DNA from: Patescibacteria group bacterium
Lineage (GTDB): Bacteria > Patescibacteriota > JABMPQ01
DNA: 64,000 nt
NCBI GenBank assembly: GCA_041749335.1
Contig: JBGTBM010000010.1
Span: 142,039 to 206,038 of the forward strand
Reading direction: 5' to 3'
Position 1 is the stretch's first letter, and each line of letters opens with the position of its first letter. This document shows, in pieces, positions 9,958 to 19,381 of this stretch. The position numbers and the translations under genes were made by a program. Under the pieces are notes generated by a model that worked only from the letters and a program-made list of their open reading frames with translations, had not been told where the DNA came from and ran no database searches.

Positions 9958-9961
9958 TATC

Positions 9962-9989
9962 ATTATATTTTATAAAATTGTACTGTCAA
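9962..9989 (-). promoter_or_regulatory. Sigma70 promoter of the hrcA operon
   Basis: TTGACA-N16-TATAAT immediately upstream of CIRCE. Confidence 0.8.
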
Positions 9990-9999
9990 GAGAAATTTT

Positions 10000-10872
10000 T
10001 TAAAAAACCAATATCTCCCACCATGGCTTATCAATGTGTTTTATCAATCCCTTTTGGGCATCGTATGTTACCAACATATTAGTTTTAATCGGTATTATCC
10101 ACAGTATTTTTCCATCAATACATCCATCAATTTCATAAATCGCTTCTCCTTCGTCAATTTGCAAATTTATGCTATTTTCTTGAAATTTTTTATAGCGCGT
10201 CTTTACTTCACGCAAAGCATAAGATGGAAGTTTGTTAATTTCTTCAGCCTGCTTTTCTTCCCGGTTGAAAATAAAAAGCTTGCCGTCTTTAAGCTCAATT
10301 GCGGATTTGGTTTTAGCGATAATTCCGTCGCTATTAAGAGTAATTATATTTTCATTAATATTTTTAATAATTTTTATTCGATCTGAATTATAACCGGAAA
10401 TTGCCAATTCTAATATTAAGCTTTCAACGTCCATATTTTGCAGATTTTCAATTTCCAATACCTGATTGTCAAAATTTATTCCGGCATCAATTATTTCCGG
10501 ATCTATCTTTATATTTCCTAAATAATTATCATTAACCGGAATAATCAGGTCTAAGCCTAGCCTGGGCAAAATTTCCGGAGCAACTTTAATTATATTAACT
10601 CCGGATCTCACAAAAGTTTGTACATCTCCCGTTTTAACCGCCTCCATGGCGTTAATAATATCAATAAATTGATTACCGAATATTTTCTCCCAATTTTTAA
10701 TTTGCTGATCAGCTCCCGCTTCAATAAATTCAGGCAGTATTGGCGGAGTAGAATCTTCAATAACATTATCATCCGCAAAAGCAAAATTTAAAACAGTAAT
10801 TAACATCACCGATACCAACAAGGCAAATATTTTTATCCTATTCTTCATAAACGCCTGAATAAATACCTTCAT
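10000..10872 (-). CDS. Hypothetical exported protein with C-terminal KPWW motif
   Basis: N-terminal signal peptide (...FAFA); C-terminus YDAQKGLIKHIDKPWW. Confidence 0.7.
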   Translation of the reverse strand: MKVFIQAFMKNRIKIFALLVSVMLITVLNFAFADDNVIEDSTPPILPEFIEAGADQQIKNWEKIFGNQFIDIINAMEAVKTGDVQTFVRSGVNIIKVAPEILPRLGLDLIIPVNDNYLGNIKIDPEIIDAGINFDNQVLEIENLQNMDVESLILELAISGYNSDRIKIIKNINENIITLNSDGIIAKTKSAIELKDGKLFIFNREEKQAEEINKLPSYALREVKTRYKKFQENSINLQIDEGEAIYEIDGCIDGKILWIIPIKTNMLVTYDAQKGLIKHIDKPWWEILVF

Positions 10873-10944
10873 AAAATACTAATTTTTTTAATCAGCATAA
10901 GCGGTCCTGTATATTTATTAATTTAAATAATTTTTATACAACCT

Positions 10945-11016
10945 TAGCCTCAGGGGGAATCGAACCCCCGTTTGATGGATGAGAACCATCTGTCCTAACC
11001 ATTAGACGATGAGGCC
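10945..11016 (-). tRNA. tRNA-Glu(CTC)
   Basis: GGCCTCATCGTCTAATGGTTAGGACAGATGGTTCTCATCCATC...GTTCGATTCCCCCTGAGGCTA. Confidence 0.95.
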
Positions 11017-11125
11017 ATATATATTTTATAAACCCCATCTTCAACAGACGGGGTATTTTAAATCCTATCAAATAAATCTCGAGTGCCAAATAATATCCGA
11101 AGTAATGATAAAACTCAAGCCAGCT

Positions 11126-12175
11126 TTAATTTTGCTTATATTTAGAGCGAATAAATATATATATAAAAGCCGAAGCTATTAAGGTTAAAACTAAAATAAT
11201 TGTGGTAAATTGGGGAATAACAGCTTCGGTGCCATCAGTGCGCCATAACTCGCCGCATGATTTTTCATTATAGGTGCCGACATATAAATATTTTCCATAT
11301 ACTATCATGGACATCATGGCAATATTATTTTTTAAGCCAAATCCGCTCTGGCTTACTCGACTCCAGGCGCTTAAATCATTATTAAATCTCCACACTTCTC
11401 CCCCGCTCTCTTCGTTCCAGGTTCCAAAAAATAACTGCCCGCGAAATATTTCCATCGAATAAATGCCGATATTATTTATGTCATTTATTCCATTTCCGAT
11501 TATTTTATTCCAATTATTACTATCATATTTCCACAGCTGGGCTCCATTTGTTTTATTTAAAGTTCCTGCGTATAATCTTCCCTGATGCTCTTTTATAATC
11601 GGAATAGCGGTGTTATTTTTATCTCCAAAACCGTCTCTAATTTCATTATTTATGTTACTGCCGTCATATGAATAAATTCTCCCGCCGTCAACTTCATTTA
11701 TGGTGCTAATATATAATTTATTGTTTAGTTCTTCCATCGACATAAATTCTATATTGTTGGTTGAATCAATGCCCGAATTTACTATCAAATCCCAATTACT
11801 TCCATTGTGAACCCATAATTCTGCCCCCTGAGAAATATTCTTAGTACCAACATATAGCCGATTTTTAAACACAATCATTGAAGAAATTGAAGTATTATTG
11901 GCATTCCCTAGGCCACGATCCGCTATTTCTTCCCATCTAAACCCATCAAATCTACGAATTTCCGCCCCATCCAAAGAATTTTCAGCTCCGGAATATAAAT
12001 AATTTTTATATACTGCCATTGATTGAAAATTGATTGCCTTACTCTCTTGGGCGCTAATTTTATTCCAGCCGCCCGAAAAAAAGGCAGTAAATATTATTGC
12101 GCTTATTATAAATAATACAAAGACAACATAATAAATATCGATCTTCAACATTCTTTTTTTGATTTGTGCAATCAT
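11126..12175 (-). CDS. Beta-propeller repeat surface protein with PEF-CTERM-like tail
   Basis: Repeats of SMxxFxxxLYxGTxNxxxGxExW; C-terminus VIPQF + TM helix + basic residues. Confidence 0.75.
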   Translation of the reverse strand: MIAQIKKRMLKIDIYYVVFVLFIISAIIFTAFFSGGWNKISAQESKAINFQSMAVYKNYLYSGAENSLDGAEIRRFDGFRWEEIADRGLGNANNTSISSMIVFKNRLYVGTKNISQGAELWVHNGSNWDLIVNSGIDSTNNIEFMSMEELNNKLYISTINEVDGGRIYSYDGSNINNEIRDGFGDKNNTAIPIIKEHQGRLYAGTLNKTNGAQLWKYDSNNWNKIIGNGINDINNIGIYSMEIFRGQLFFGTWNEESGGEVWRFNNDLSAWSRVSQSGFGLKNNIAMMSMIVYGKYLYVGTYNEKSCGELWRTDGTEAVIPQFTTIILVLTLIASAFIYIFIRSKYKQN

Positions 12176-12181
12176 AATTTA

Positions 12182-13516
12182 TTAGTTTTTAATTTTTTTC
12201 ATGCCAATATCATTTTCCACATCCTTGCTTGTTTCTACTCTCATTTCTTTATCGGGAAATATGTAGCCGTTCTTGGTGGGAATAATATTGCTATTTATTT
12301 CGTCTCCGATTAAAAACCCATAGCGTCCATCTGCTTTTGTGATATAGGCTTGCATCAATCTGCCATAGGTAGTATCAAAGATTCTCACTACCGTATTTGG
12401 CAACGCTCTAAAGCTCTGAACATCATAAACCTTGCCCCATGGCTTAATTTTTCTTCCCATTGCCAGCCTTCTAAATAATAACAATATCAACACGTGCGCC
12501 ATCAACAACAGATAAGTAAATAAGCCCGGATTAAGAATGAAGCTGGTAAGTCCCAACATCGGTCCCAGATAAGCGATAACTTTATTCGCCGTTTTAAATC
12601 TGCTCCTCCAAATAATCTTATTATTCCTTTTTCTCTGGGCCTCCTCATCTAACTTATTAAAATCTTCCAATGTAGCAATGTCTGTTTTCATTTTTGCTCC
12701 CACGTCACCGGTAGCGACATAACCCGCTAGCGGATCAAGCGGAATATTATATGCAATAAATCCTTGATCATCTTCTTTTTCTTTTCCGATTTGAAATTCT
12801 TCGCCGTGATATAAATTATCAAATTCTTTGTCTTTAATTTCGGCGGCCATAATTTTAGTTGGAAATTTATAGCCATGTTTAGTTACCGTCACATAATATT
12901 TACGATTGAAATCAACAATTAATAAATATTTTCCTTCCAAATTGGTTATTTTTGTTTCAACTAATTTTTTTGTTTCAGCGTCAAATAAACGCACTACGGC
13001 CAAATCCACCGGCTGCTTAGTTAAAGAATCATAAACAACACCCCATTTTCTTTTCTTTTTACTGAAGTATAAAAATGGTTCAGTCAGCAGTTGCCAAAGA
13101 TACATAAGATATGGCAGTAGTGATGATAATGATATTATAGACAATAAATTAGCTAAGGCCAGAAGTACGAAGGCCATGGCCGCATATGGACTTTGCAGCC
13201 GATAAATTAATTGCTGTTGAAAGGGCAGCTCTCCGATTGGAATTTCTTTAGTGCCCAATTTTTTCCAGTCTTTGCCGTCAAAATACCAAATTTCTCCCCC
13301 GGCTAAATTAAGCGTACCGATATAAAGCTTACCTTTAAATACCGCCATGGAATTTATGCCTTCATTGGTACCGCTATCGCGGCATCCCCAAAATACCCTT
13401 TGCCAAAGTAATTCCTGAGATTGAGCCTTGATGTCGCAGGGCAATAAATTAAACAAAATTGCCAACGCAAAAAACAAAGAAAAAACAAGCAATATTTTTT
13501 TATGAAGCCTTTTCAT
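12182..13516 (-). CDS. Membrane protein with carboxypeptidase-regulatory-like domains and one propeller-type repeat
   Basis: WGVVYDSLTKQPVDLAVVRLFD...TNLEGKY occurs twice, separated by TM segments. The N-terminal repeat resembles that of the neighbouring gene. Confidence 0.7.
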   Translation of the reverse strand: MKRLHKKILLVFSLFFALAILFNLLPCDIKAQSQELLWQRVFWGCRDSGTNEGINSMAVFKGKLYIGTLNLAGGEIWYFDGKDWKKLGTKEIPIGELPFQQQLIYRLQSPYAAMAFVLLALANLLSIISLSSLLPYLMYLWQLLTEPFLYFSKKKRKWGVVYDSLTKQPVDLAVVRLFDAETKKLVETKITNLEGKYLLIVDFNRKYYVTVTKHGYKFPTKIMAAEIKDKEFDNLYHGEEFQIGKEKEDDQGFIAYNIPLDPLAGYVATGDVGAKMKTDIATLEDFNKLDEEAQRKRNNKIIWRSRFKTANKVIAYLGPMLGLTSFILNPGLFTYLLLMAHVLILLLFRRLAMGRKIKPWGKVYDVQSFRALPNTVVRIFDTTYGRLMQAYITKADGRYGFLIGDEINSNIIPTKNGYIFPDKEMRVETSKDVENDIGMKKIKN

Positions 13517-13599
13517 TTAATAATTTATTCGATATATCTTTAATATATAATACTACTTTTTACTAAAATGTAAAATATATAATAATTAAATTTGTATTT

Positions 13600-14889
13600 C
13601 TATTCTTTCAGCCATTTCTTTTCCTGCCTAACGATTAATTCAGCTGCTCGTAGCGGATCTGCCATAATTTCTTTAACAATTTTTTCCATTCGTAGCGCCT
13701 GTGAACCTTTTACTAAAATAATGTCATTTGATCTAAGAACGCTATTTTGAATAAATTTACCGGCCTGACTGGAATCAGTAAAGTAATAGATTTTATCAGA
13801 GCTAATTCCGTTTTTCTGCGCCGCTTCTGCTATATATTGCGCATCCTGCCCCACCGCAACAAGAATATCGGCCGACTCAGATACAACTTGCCCAATTTTT
13901 TTGTGCGCCTCCTCCGACTTTATTCCCAGTTCTTTCATATCTCCCAATATTGCAATTTTCCTCCCGCCGGCAGAAAGCTTCTGTAAAAGATTAAGAGCTG
14001 CTTGGGTAGAATCGGGTGAAGCATTATAAGTATCATCAATAATCGTAGTTCCTTTAATACCGGCAATAATATTTAATCTCCCTTTCGGCGGCCGTAATTT
14101 TTTGATAACTTCCGCTATTTCAATTAAATTCATATCAAAGATTAATCCACAGGCGACTGCGGCCAAAGCTGCATAAATTTGATGTTCAGCTAGTATATAT
14201 GGCAACCTGACGGGCAATGAGCTTTTCTCATAATGTAGCTTAAAAGACAACCCCCTGATGCCGTCGTCCAGCATTAATTCCTTTGAATCCAGCAGCACGT
14301 TATCCGCTTTAATTTCGGCACTGCCTGATAATCCAAATCCCACAATTTTTTGGTTAATTTTGGGCAGATACTTTTTGATTATTTGGTTATCGTGATTTAT
14401 AATAGCAGCGCCGTTTTCGGGTAACTGTTTTATAATTTTTAATTTTTCCTTGGCTAGTTCTTTAACGCTATTAAAATTTTCCAAATGTACCGGTATTTCA
14501 GATATTGCTGTAACTATAGCTATATCCGGTCGGACAAAGCTTAACAAATAATCCATATCATGCGGTTTATCAATCCCCATCTCCAATACTAAAATTTGGG
14601 GATAATTGGTTTTTATTAATTTAAAAATCGATTTAATAAAAATTATTATCCAACCAATAATAGATCTGCCGGCCGTTTTTTCTCCCAAGATAGTAAGCGG
14701 TACGCCAATTTCATTATTATAGTTATTAATATTACTTCTAACCTGATATTTTTTGCTTAAAACTATATTTACCGCTTCTTTGGTGCTGGTTTTACCCACA
14801 CTCCCCGTTATTCCCACCACCTTGGGGCGATATCTCTTTAAGGTAAGAATAGCTAGCTTCTTTAATATTTTTTCTAATAAATTTTTCAA
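13600..14889 (-). CDS. murF: UDP-MurNAc-tripeptide:D-Ala-D-Ala ligase MurF
   Basis: GITGSVGKTSTK, NNEIGVP, DDTYNASP, LVKGSQ. Confidence 0.93.
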   Translation of the reverse strand: MKNLLEKILKKLAILTLKRYRPKVVGITGSVGKTSTKEAVNIVLSKKYQVRSNINNYNNEIGVPLTILGEKTAGRSIIGWIIIFIKSIFKLIKTNYPQILVLEMGIDKPHDMDYLLSFVRPDIAIVTAISEIPVHLENFNSVKELAKEKLKIIKQLPENGAAIINHDNQIIKKYLPKINQKIVGFGLSGSAEIKADNVLLDSKELMLDDGIRGLSFKLHYEKSSLPVRLPYILAEHQIYAALAAVACGLIFDMNLIEIAEVIKKLRPPKGRLNIIAGIKGTTIIDDTYNASPDSTQAALNLLQKLSAGGRKIAILGDMKELGIKSEEAHKKIGQVVSESADILVAVGQDAQYIAEAAQKNGISSDKIYYFTDSSQAGKFIQNSVLRSNDIILVKGSQALRMEKIVKEIMADPLRAAELIVRQEKKWLKE

Positions 14890-14903
14890 TTTTTTTTATT
14901 ATT

Positions 14904-16634
14904 TTATTCAGTAGGCGAAATTTGATAATAGCGCAATATCTCTTCAGCTATCTCTTTAAATATCGGCGCAGCCGTAGAAGTTGCCCACACATTGCCTCCG
15001 GGATTATCAAATTTTACCAGCATGACAAATTGCGGATCTTCAACCGGGCCAAAACCGATAAAGGTAGCAATTTTTTTATTGGGATCGTATCCAGGCTTAT
15101 CTTGATTGGGAACCTGGGCGGTACCCGTCTTGCCGGCAATTTTATATCCATTAATTTTAGCTGTTGTGGCATGGCCATTTTCTACCACTGAGACCATCAT
15201 AGCCGATGCGGTCGCTGCTACCGATGGCGAGATTACTTCTCTGGCTTCCTTCGTTCCGATTACCTCCTCGTCGCCATTGGCCCGGATAATCTTTTTTACC
15301 ACATGGGGCTGAATAAGTTTCCCGCCGTTTGCGATAGCGGCGGTTGCAGTCACTAAGCGCATTGGAGTAGTCACTAATCCCTGTCCAAAAGTAATAGTGG
15401 CTTGATCAGCGTCGCTCCAACTTTCATAATCAGAAATACTTACCGGCACCTCTACATCCAGATCCACTCCAGATAAATCATTAAAGCCGAATTTATCAAG
15501 ATATTTATAGATATTTTTCGCTCCCATTTTTTGTCCGACCTTAACCATGCCGACGTTAATGGATTTTTCTAATATTTCCGTCATGGTAACCTCGCCGCTG
15601 CTTAATCCGTCGGAATTGCGAATTGTAAATTCATCAACTTCTATCGCTCCGTTGTCAACCATAGTGGAATCGGGAGAAACCAGCCCTAAATCCAGAGCGG
15701 ATGTCATAATAATCGGTTTGAATACCGACCCGGGCTCATATAAATTATAGATCGCCGAATTACTGAAAACGCCAATATCTTCTACTTCTGAATACTTATT
15801 TAAGTCAAAATTCGGATAGTTGGCCATAGCGATTATTTCGCCGGTATATGGCTGCATAACAATTACTGTTCCATTTTCTGCACCAAATTTTTCCACGCCT
15901 TCCTTAAGTTTTTGCTCAACTTTAAATTGGATATAGCGGTCCAGCGTCAATACCAAATCATCTCCGTCCCGCGCCCGATTAAGCACTTCATCTCCAATTG
16001 AAATAAATCGGCCGGTCGGATCTTTTTCAGTTGATAAATATCCTTCTTTGCCTGATAAAAGATCATTATAATAACCCTCAATGCCATATCTGCCTCTTTT
16101 TTCATCACCGACATAACCCACAAATCCCAAAACGTGAGAAGCAAAATCTCCATCCGGATAAAAACGCCAATCTTCCGGCTGAAAACGAATTCCCTCCAGA
16201 TCTCTATTTTTTATCTCTTCAATTTTATCATCGGTTACGCGACGCTTTATTGATTCGTATAAATCTTCTTGCTTGGATATTTTTTCCAATATTTCTTCTT
16301 TGGGGATTTCTAAAATTTCTTCAAGCGCTACAGCTACTTTTTCCGTATCTTTGATCTGTTTGGGAATCGCATAAACCAAATTCAATCTTTTATTTATCGC
16401 CAGGGGATAAAGATTTTTGGTAAATCGATCTTCAATATAAATTCTGCCTCTTTCCGGCACCAGCTCTTCATACATTTTTTGCTGATCAGAGGCCAAAGCT
16501 AAAAAGTAATTATGCTTGATAACCTGAATATTAAACAATCTAAATACAATAATAATTGCAAAAATAATAGTTGCAATAATCAATAGATCATTTCGAGAAA
16601 TGGATTTTTTATTTTTTTCCTGGTTTTTTATCAT
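14904..16634 (-). CDS. ftsI: Class B penicillin-binding protein (FtsI-like)
   Basis: EPGSVFK (SxxK), SIN (SxN), KTGTAQ; dcw-cluster position. Confidence 0.88.
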   Translation of the reverse strand: MIKNQEKNKKSISRNDLLIIATIIFAIIIVFRLFNIQVIKHNYFLALASDQQKMYEELVPERGRIYIEDRFTKNLYPLAINKRLNLVYAIPKQIKDTEKVAVALEEILEIPKEEILEKISKQEDLYESIKRRVTDDKIEEIKNRDLEGIRFQPEDWRFYPDGDFASHVLGFVGYVGDEKRGRYGIEGYYNDLLSGKEGYLSTEKDPTGRFISIGDEVLNRARDGDDLVLTLDRYIQFKVEQKLKEGVEKFGAENGTVIVMQPYTGEIIAMANYPNFDLNKYSEVEDIGVFSNSAIYNLYEPGSVFKPIIMTSALDLGLVSPDSTMVDNGAIEVDEFTIRNSDGLSSGEVTMTEILEKSINVGMVKVGQKMGAKNIYKYLDKFGFNDLSGVDLDVEVPVSISDYESWSDADQATITFGQGLVTTPMRLVTATAAIANGGKLIQPHVVKKIIRANGDEEVIGTKEAREVISPSVAATASAMMVSVVENGHATTAKINGYKIAGKTGTAQVPNQDKPGYDPNKKIATFIGFGPVEDPQFVMLVKFDNPGGNVWATSTAAPIFKEIAEEILRYYQISPTE

Positions 16635-16647
16635 ATAATAAAGGCTC

Positions 16648-16707
16648 TTCTGGAATAACTTCGCTGCATTTAGATCTGTCTCGCATGTTCGGCTCCATAT
16701 CGCAGAA
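16648..16707 (-). ncRNA. Candidate small structured RNA, weakly like the SRP S domain
   Basis: GC-richer intergenic hairpin TGGAG...GCGAGACAGATCTAAATGCAGCG...TTCCA. Confidence 0.3.
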
Positions 16708-17076
16708 TTATCTGTTGGCCGCCACGATTGTTCCGCCGGTTTTCTTTAAATAAACAACCGAGTCAGATTTAACCATATTAAGCTTTTCGACTGACTCGTC
16801 AATATTATCAAAAGATCTCAGCTCCGCCGCCTTTATTTCAAGTTTTTTATTTTCTTCCTTCAATTCATTAGCCACGCTTCTTAATTCTGTAATCTCATAC
16901 CCCTTGGTAGATGATTGGAATAATTGCGCCAAAAACATAAAACCAATAAACGCAAACGTGGCAGCCGCAATTACCACAAATGTTACCGGTCCGATTCTAA
17001 AATTTTTCGGCAAAGTTTTTTTTCTAATGCCTCGTTTCATGGTTTTTGAATTTGTGATTGTTAGATAAGCTGACAT
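16708..17076 (-). CDS. FtsL-like septum protein
   Basis: Single TM helix plus coiled coil, located between rsmH and the PBP. Confidence 0.7.
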   Translation of the reverse strand: MSAYLTITNSKTMKRGIRKKTLPKNFRIGPVTFVVIAAATFAFIGFMFLAQLFQSSTKGYEITELRSVANELKEENKKLEIKAAELRSFDNIDESVEKLNMVKSDSVVYLKKTGGTIVAANR

Positions 17077-17087
17077 GGCGTTTTTGT

Positions 17088-18014
17088 TTAAATTTTTATT
17101 ATTGCTCTTAATTTTGCGCTTCTGCCTTTTCTATTGCTTAAAATTTCAGATTTGGAAGCAGTCAGCGGTTTTTTTGTAATTATTTTTAATCTTTTTTTAT
17201 GATCGCATTGGCACTGCAAAGCGTCGTCGGGACAAATACAATCTCTGGCTTCTTTTTGAAAATATTTTTTAACGATTCGATCCTCCAGTGAATGATAAGA
17301 TATCACCACCATCCGGCCTGATGGCCTTAATATTTCCAGCGCTTGCGACAAAACTTGGTTTAGATTTTCCAGCTCATTGTTCACCGCGATCCGAATAGCT
17401 TGGAATACTTGTGAAATTAATTTAACGTTGGTCTTATTTATTTCTTTTTTTCCTAAAACCGACCGGGTTAAATCTAAAGTACTGGCAATCTTTATATTTT
17501 TACGATAATCAATAATTTTTTGCGAAATTCTCTCCGCGCTCCTAACTTCACCGTATTTTTCCAAAATATTTTTTAAATCATTCGCAGAGATTCCTTCAAT
17601 ATAATCCTTAGCGCTAACCGGGATTTTTTCCCCCAAGCGCATATCTAACTCGCCTTCCAAGCGATAAGAAAATCCTCTGCCGGGAGATTTCAACTGGTGA
17701 TAAGAAACGCCTAAGTCCAGTAAAATTCCACTAATATCAGTAAATTTATTTACCTGAACAATATTTTTTAAATCAGCAAAATTTCCTTGAACAAAAACCA
17801 TTCTTTCTTGAAATCCTTTTAGCCTATCTCTGGATTCATCTAGGGCCTCTTGATCCAAATCGATTCCCAGAACCCTTCCACTGCCATTTTTTTTTAAAAT
17901 TTCCTCAGCATGTCCGCCGCCGCCAAGCGTACAATCAATAAAATTTTCGTTCGGTTTCGGATCCAGCAGCCTGATGGCCTCTTTCAACATGACCGGTTCA
18001 TGATATTGCGACAT
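17088..18014 (-). CDS. rsmH: 16S rRNA m4C1402 methyltransferase RsmH
   Basis: HEPVM, DCTLGGGGH, DLGVS, ISYHSLEDRIVK. Confidence 0.97.
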   Translation of the reverse strand: MSQYHEPVMLKEAIRLLDPKPNENFIDCTLGGGGHAEEILKKNGSGRVLGIDLDQEALDESRDRLKGFQERMVFVQGNFADLKNIVQVNKFTDISGILLDLGVSYHQLKSPGRGFSYRLEGELDMRLGEKIPVSAKDYIEGISANDLKNILEKYGEVRSAERISQKIIDYRKNIKIASTLDLTRSVLGKKEINKTNVKLISQVFQAIRIAVNNELENLNQVLSQALEILRPSGRMVVISYHSLEDRIVKKYFQKEARDCICPDDALQCQCDHKKRLKIITKKPLTASKSEILSNRKGRSAKLRAIIKI

Positions 18015-18022
18015 AATTTTTT

Positions 18023-18454
18023 TTATACGTCCAACTCGCCCAAAGCCTCAGCGATTTTATTGGAAGCTTTTTCCGTATTTCTCTTGTATACTTCCCATTT
18101 ACTTTCGTCCCAAATTTCCAATCTATTTAATAATCCGGCGATCACGGTATTTTTTGATAAACCGGCAAATTTTCTTAAATAATCGGGAACAATGATTCGG
18201 CCCTGTTTATCAATTTCAACATCCATGGCTCCTGCCAGCATCAAGCGTGAAAATGCGCGGGTATTAGACTGGCTGATCGGCAAACGAGACAGCTTTTCCG
18301 CCATCTTGTCCCATTCTTTTTTGGTATATAAAAACAAACAATTATCTAAACCGCGGGTAACAATTGCCCCGTCTCTTAATTCGCGGCGAAACTTAACGGG
18401 AACCGCCAAGCGCCCCTTTTGATCGATTTTGTGGCTATACTCTCCGATAAACAT
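18023..18454 (-). CDS. mraZ: Transcriptional regulator MraZ
   Basis: MFIGEYSHKIDQKGRL, DKQGRI. Confidence 0.97.
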   Translation of the reverse strand: MFIGEYSHKIDQKGRLAVPVKFRRELRDGAIVTRGLDNCLFLYTKKEWDKMAEKLSRLPISQSNTRAFSRLMLAGAMDVEIDKQGRIIVPDYLRKFAGLSKNTVIAGLLNRLEIWDESKWEVYKRNTEKASNKIAEALGELDV

Positions 18455-18470
18455 AGCTTTTTATTTATTA

Positions 18471-18505
18471 CCCACATATCCCCACATTCTTCCACTTTTT
18501 CCTAC
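18471..18505 (-). promoter_or_regulatory. MraZ-binding direct repeats
   Basis: GTAGG/GTGGA/GTGGG/GTGGG at exact 10-nt spacing upstream of mraZ. Confidence 0.8.
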
Positions 18506-18680
18506 TGTGATGTCATTATACACCATAAATATGCACTGTCAATCAAACCGACTCTGAACAATAGCCATATTCATCAAGCAGCATTACTTGATTTATTTCC
18601 CCAATATAAGCCAACAATGGATTAAATAAAAAACTGCGATTCTATTTCGCAGTTTAATTTATAAAGTTATCAACAGTTAG

Positions 18681-19241
18681 CTATATTTTACCGATTAAAT
18701 TAATTTTATTGTTATTAATAATCGACAGCAAAAATTGGTCTCCCAAATCATTGCGGTATTTAAACTCATTTTCATCCATAACGGTATAATCAATATCATG
18801 CCCCTGGATTTTTTCAATTTCTTTAATAAGGCTTACCAGTTTCGGCTTCTTGACATTTCCCACAACCAGCAGATCAACTTTGGCCGGAGACTTTGTAAAA
18901 GATCCGGTTAGGCAGGCATATTTGATATCTCCAACTTTATTAAGCTTGATAATAATTTCATCTTTGGGCGCCGCAGTCGCTTTGACAAATAAAGCCTTAA
19001 GTTCGCTCAATAAATCAAAATTTTTATCCACATAAAAATATTTTTTTAGATCTTTTTTTTCGCTTTTTAGCAAGCCGATTTTTGATAAATTATCCAACTC
19101 GCGTCGAATTGAATTAATTCTCTCGTCTAATTTTCTGGTTAATTGTCTGACATAATACTTTTCGTTGGGATTTTTAAGAAATAATGTCAGTATTTTTATT
19201 CTAGCCTTAGAGCAAAAAAGATTTTCTAACGGATTTTTCAT
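18681..19241 (-). CDS. Winged-helix + nucleotidyltransferase-like protein
   Basis: N-terminal HTH (YVRQLTR..INSIRRELDNL); LTGSF...VDLLVVG. Confidence 0.75.
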   Translation of the reverse strand: MKNPLENLFCSKARIKILTLFLKNPNEKYYVRQLTRKLDERINSIRRELDNLSKIGLLKSEKKDLKKYFYVDKNFDLLSELKALFVKATAAPKDEIIIKLNKVGDIKYACLTGSFTKSPAKVDLLVVGNVKKPKLVSLIKEIEKIQGHDIDYTVMDENEFKYRNDLGDQFLLSIINNNKINLIGKI

Positions 19242-19381
19242 ATAATTATTATTTGATCAAGTTATTTATTCAAATTGTATTCTAATAAATTTATCGCCCG
19301 ATTGTCAACAACTTAATTATTTCCTTCACTTTATTGCAAAATTGATATAAAATTATATAATAATCATAGATTATAATCAAT

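Noticed and set aside
13960-13978. murF segment encoding LSAGGR resembling the CCTGTCTGCCGGCAGG palindrome
   Set aside because: No clear length increase relative to typical MurF before RKIAILG; the similarity may be chance.
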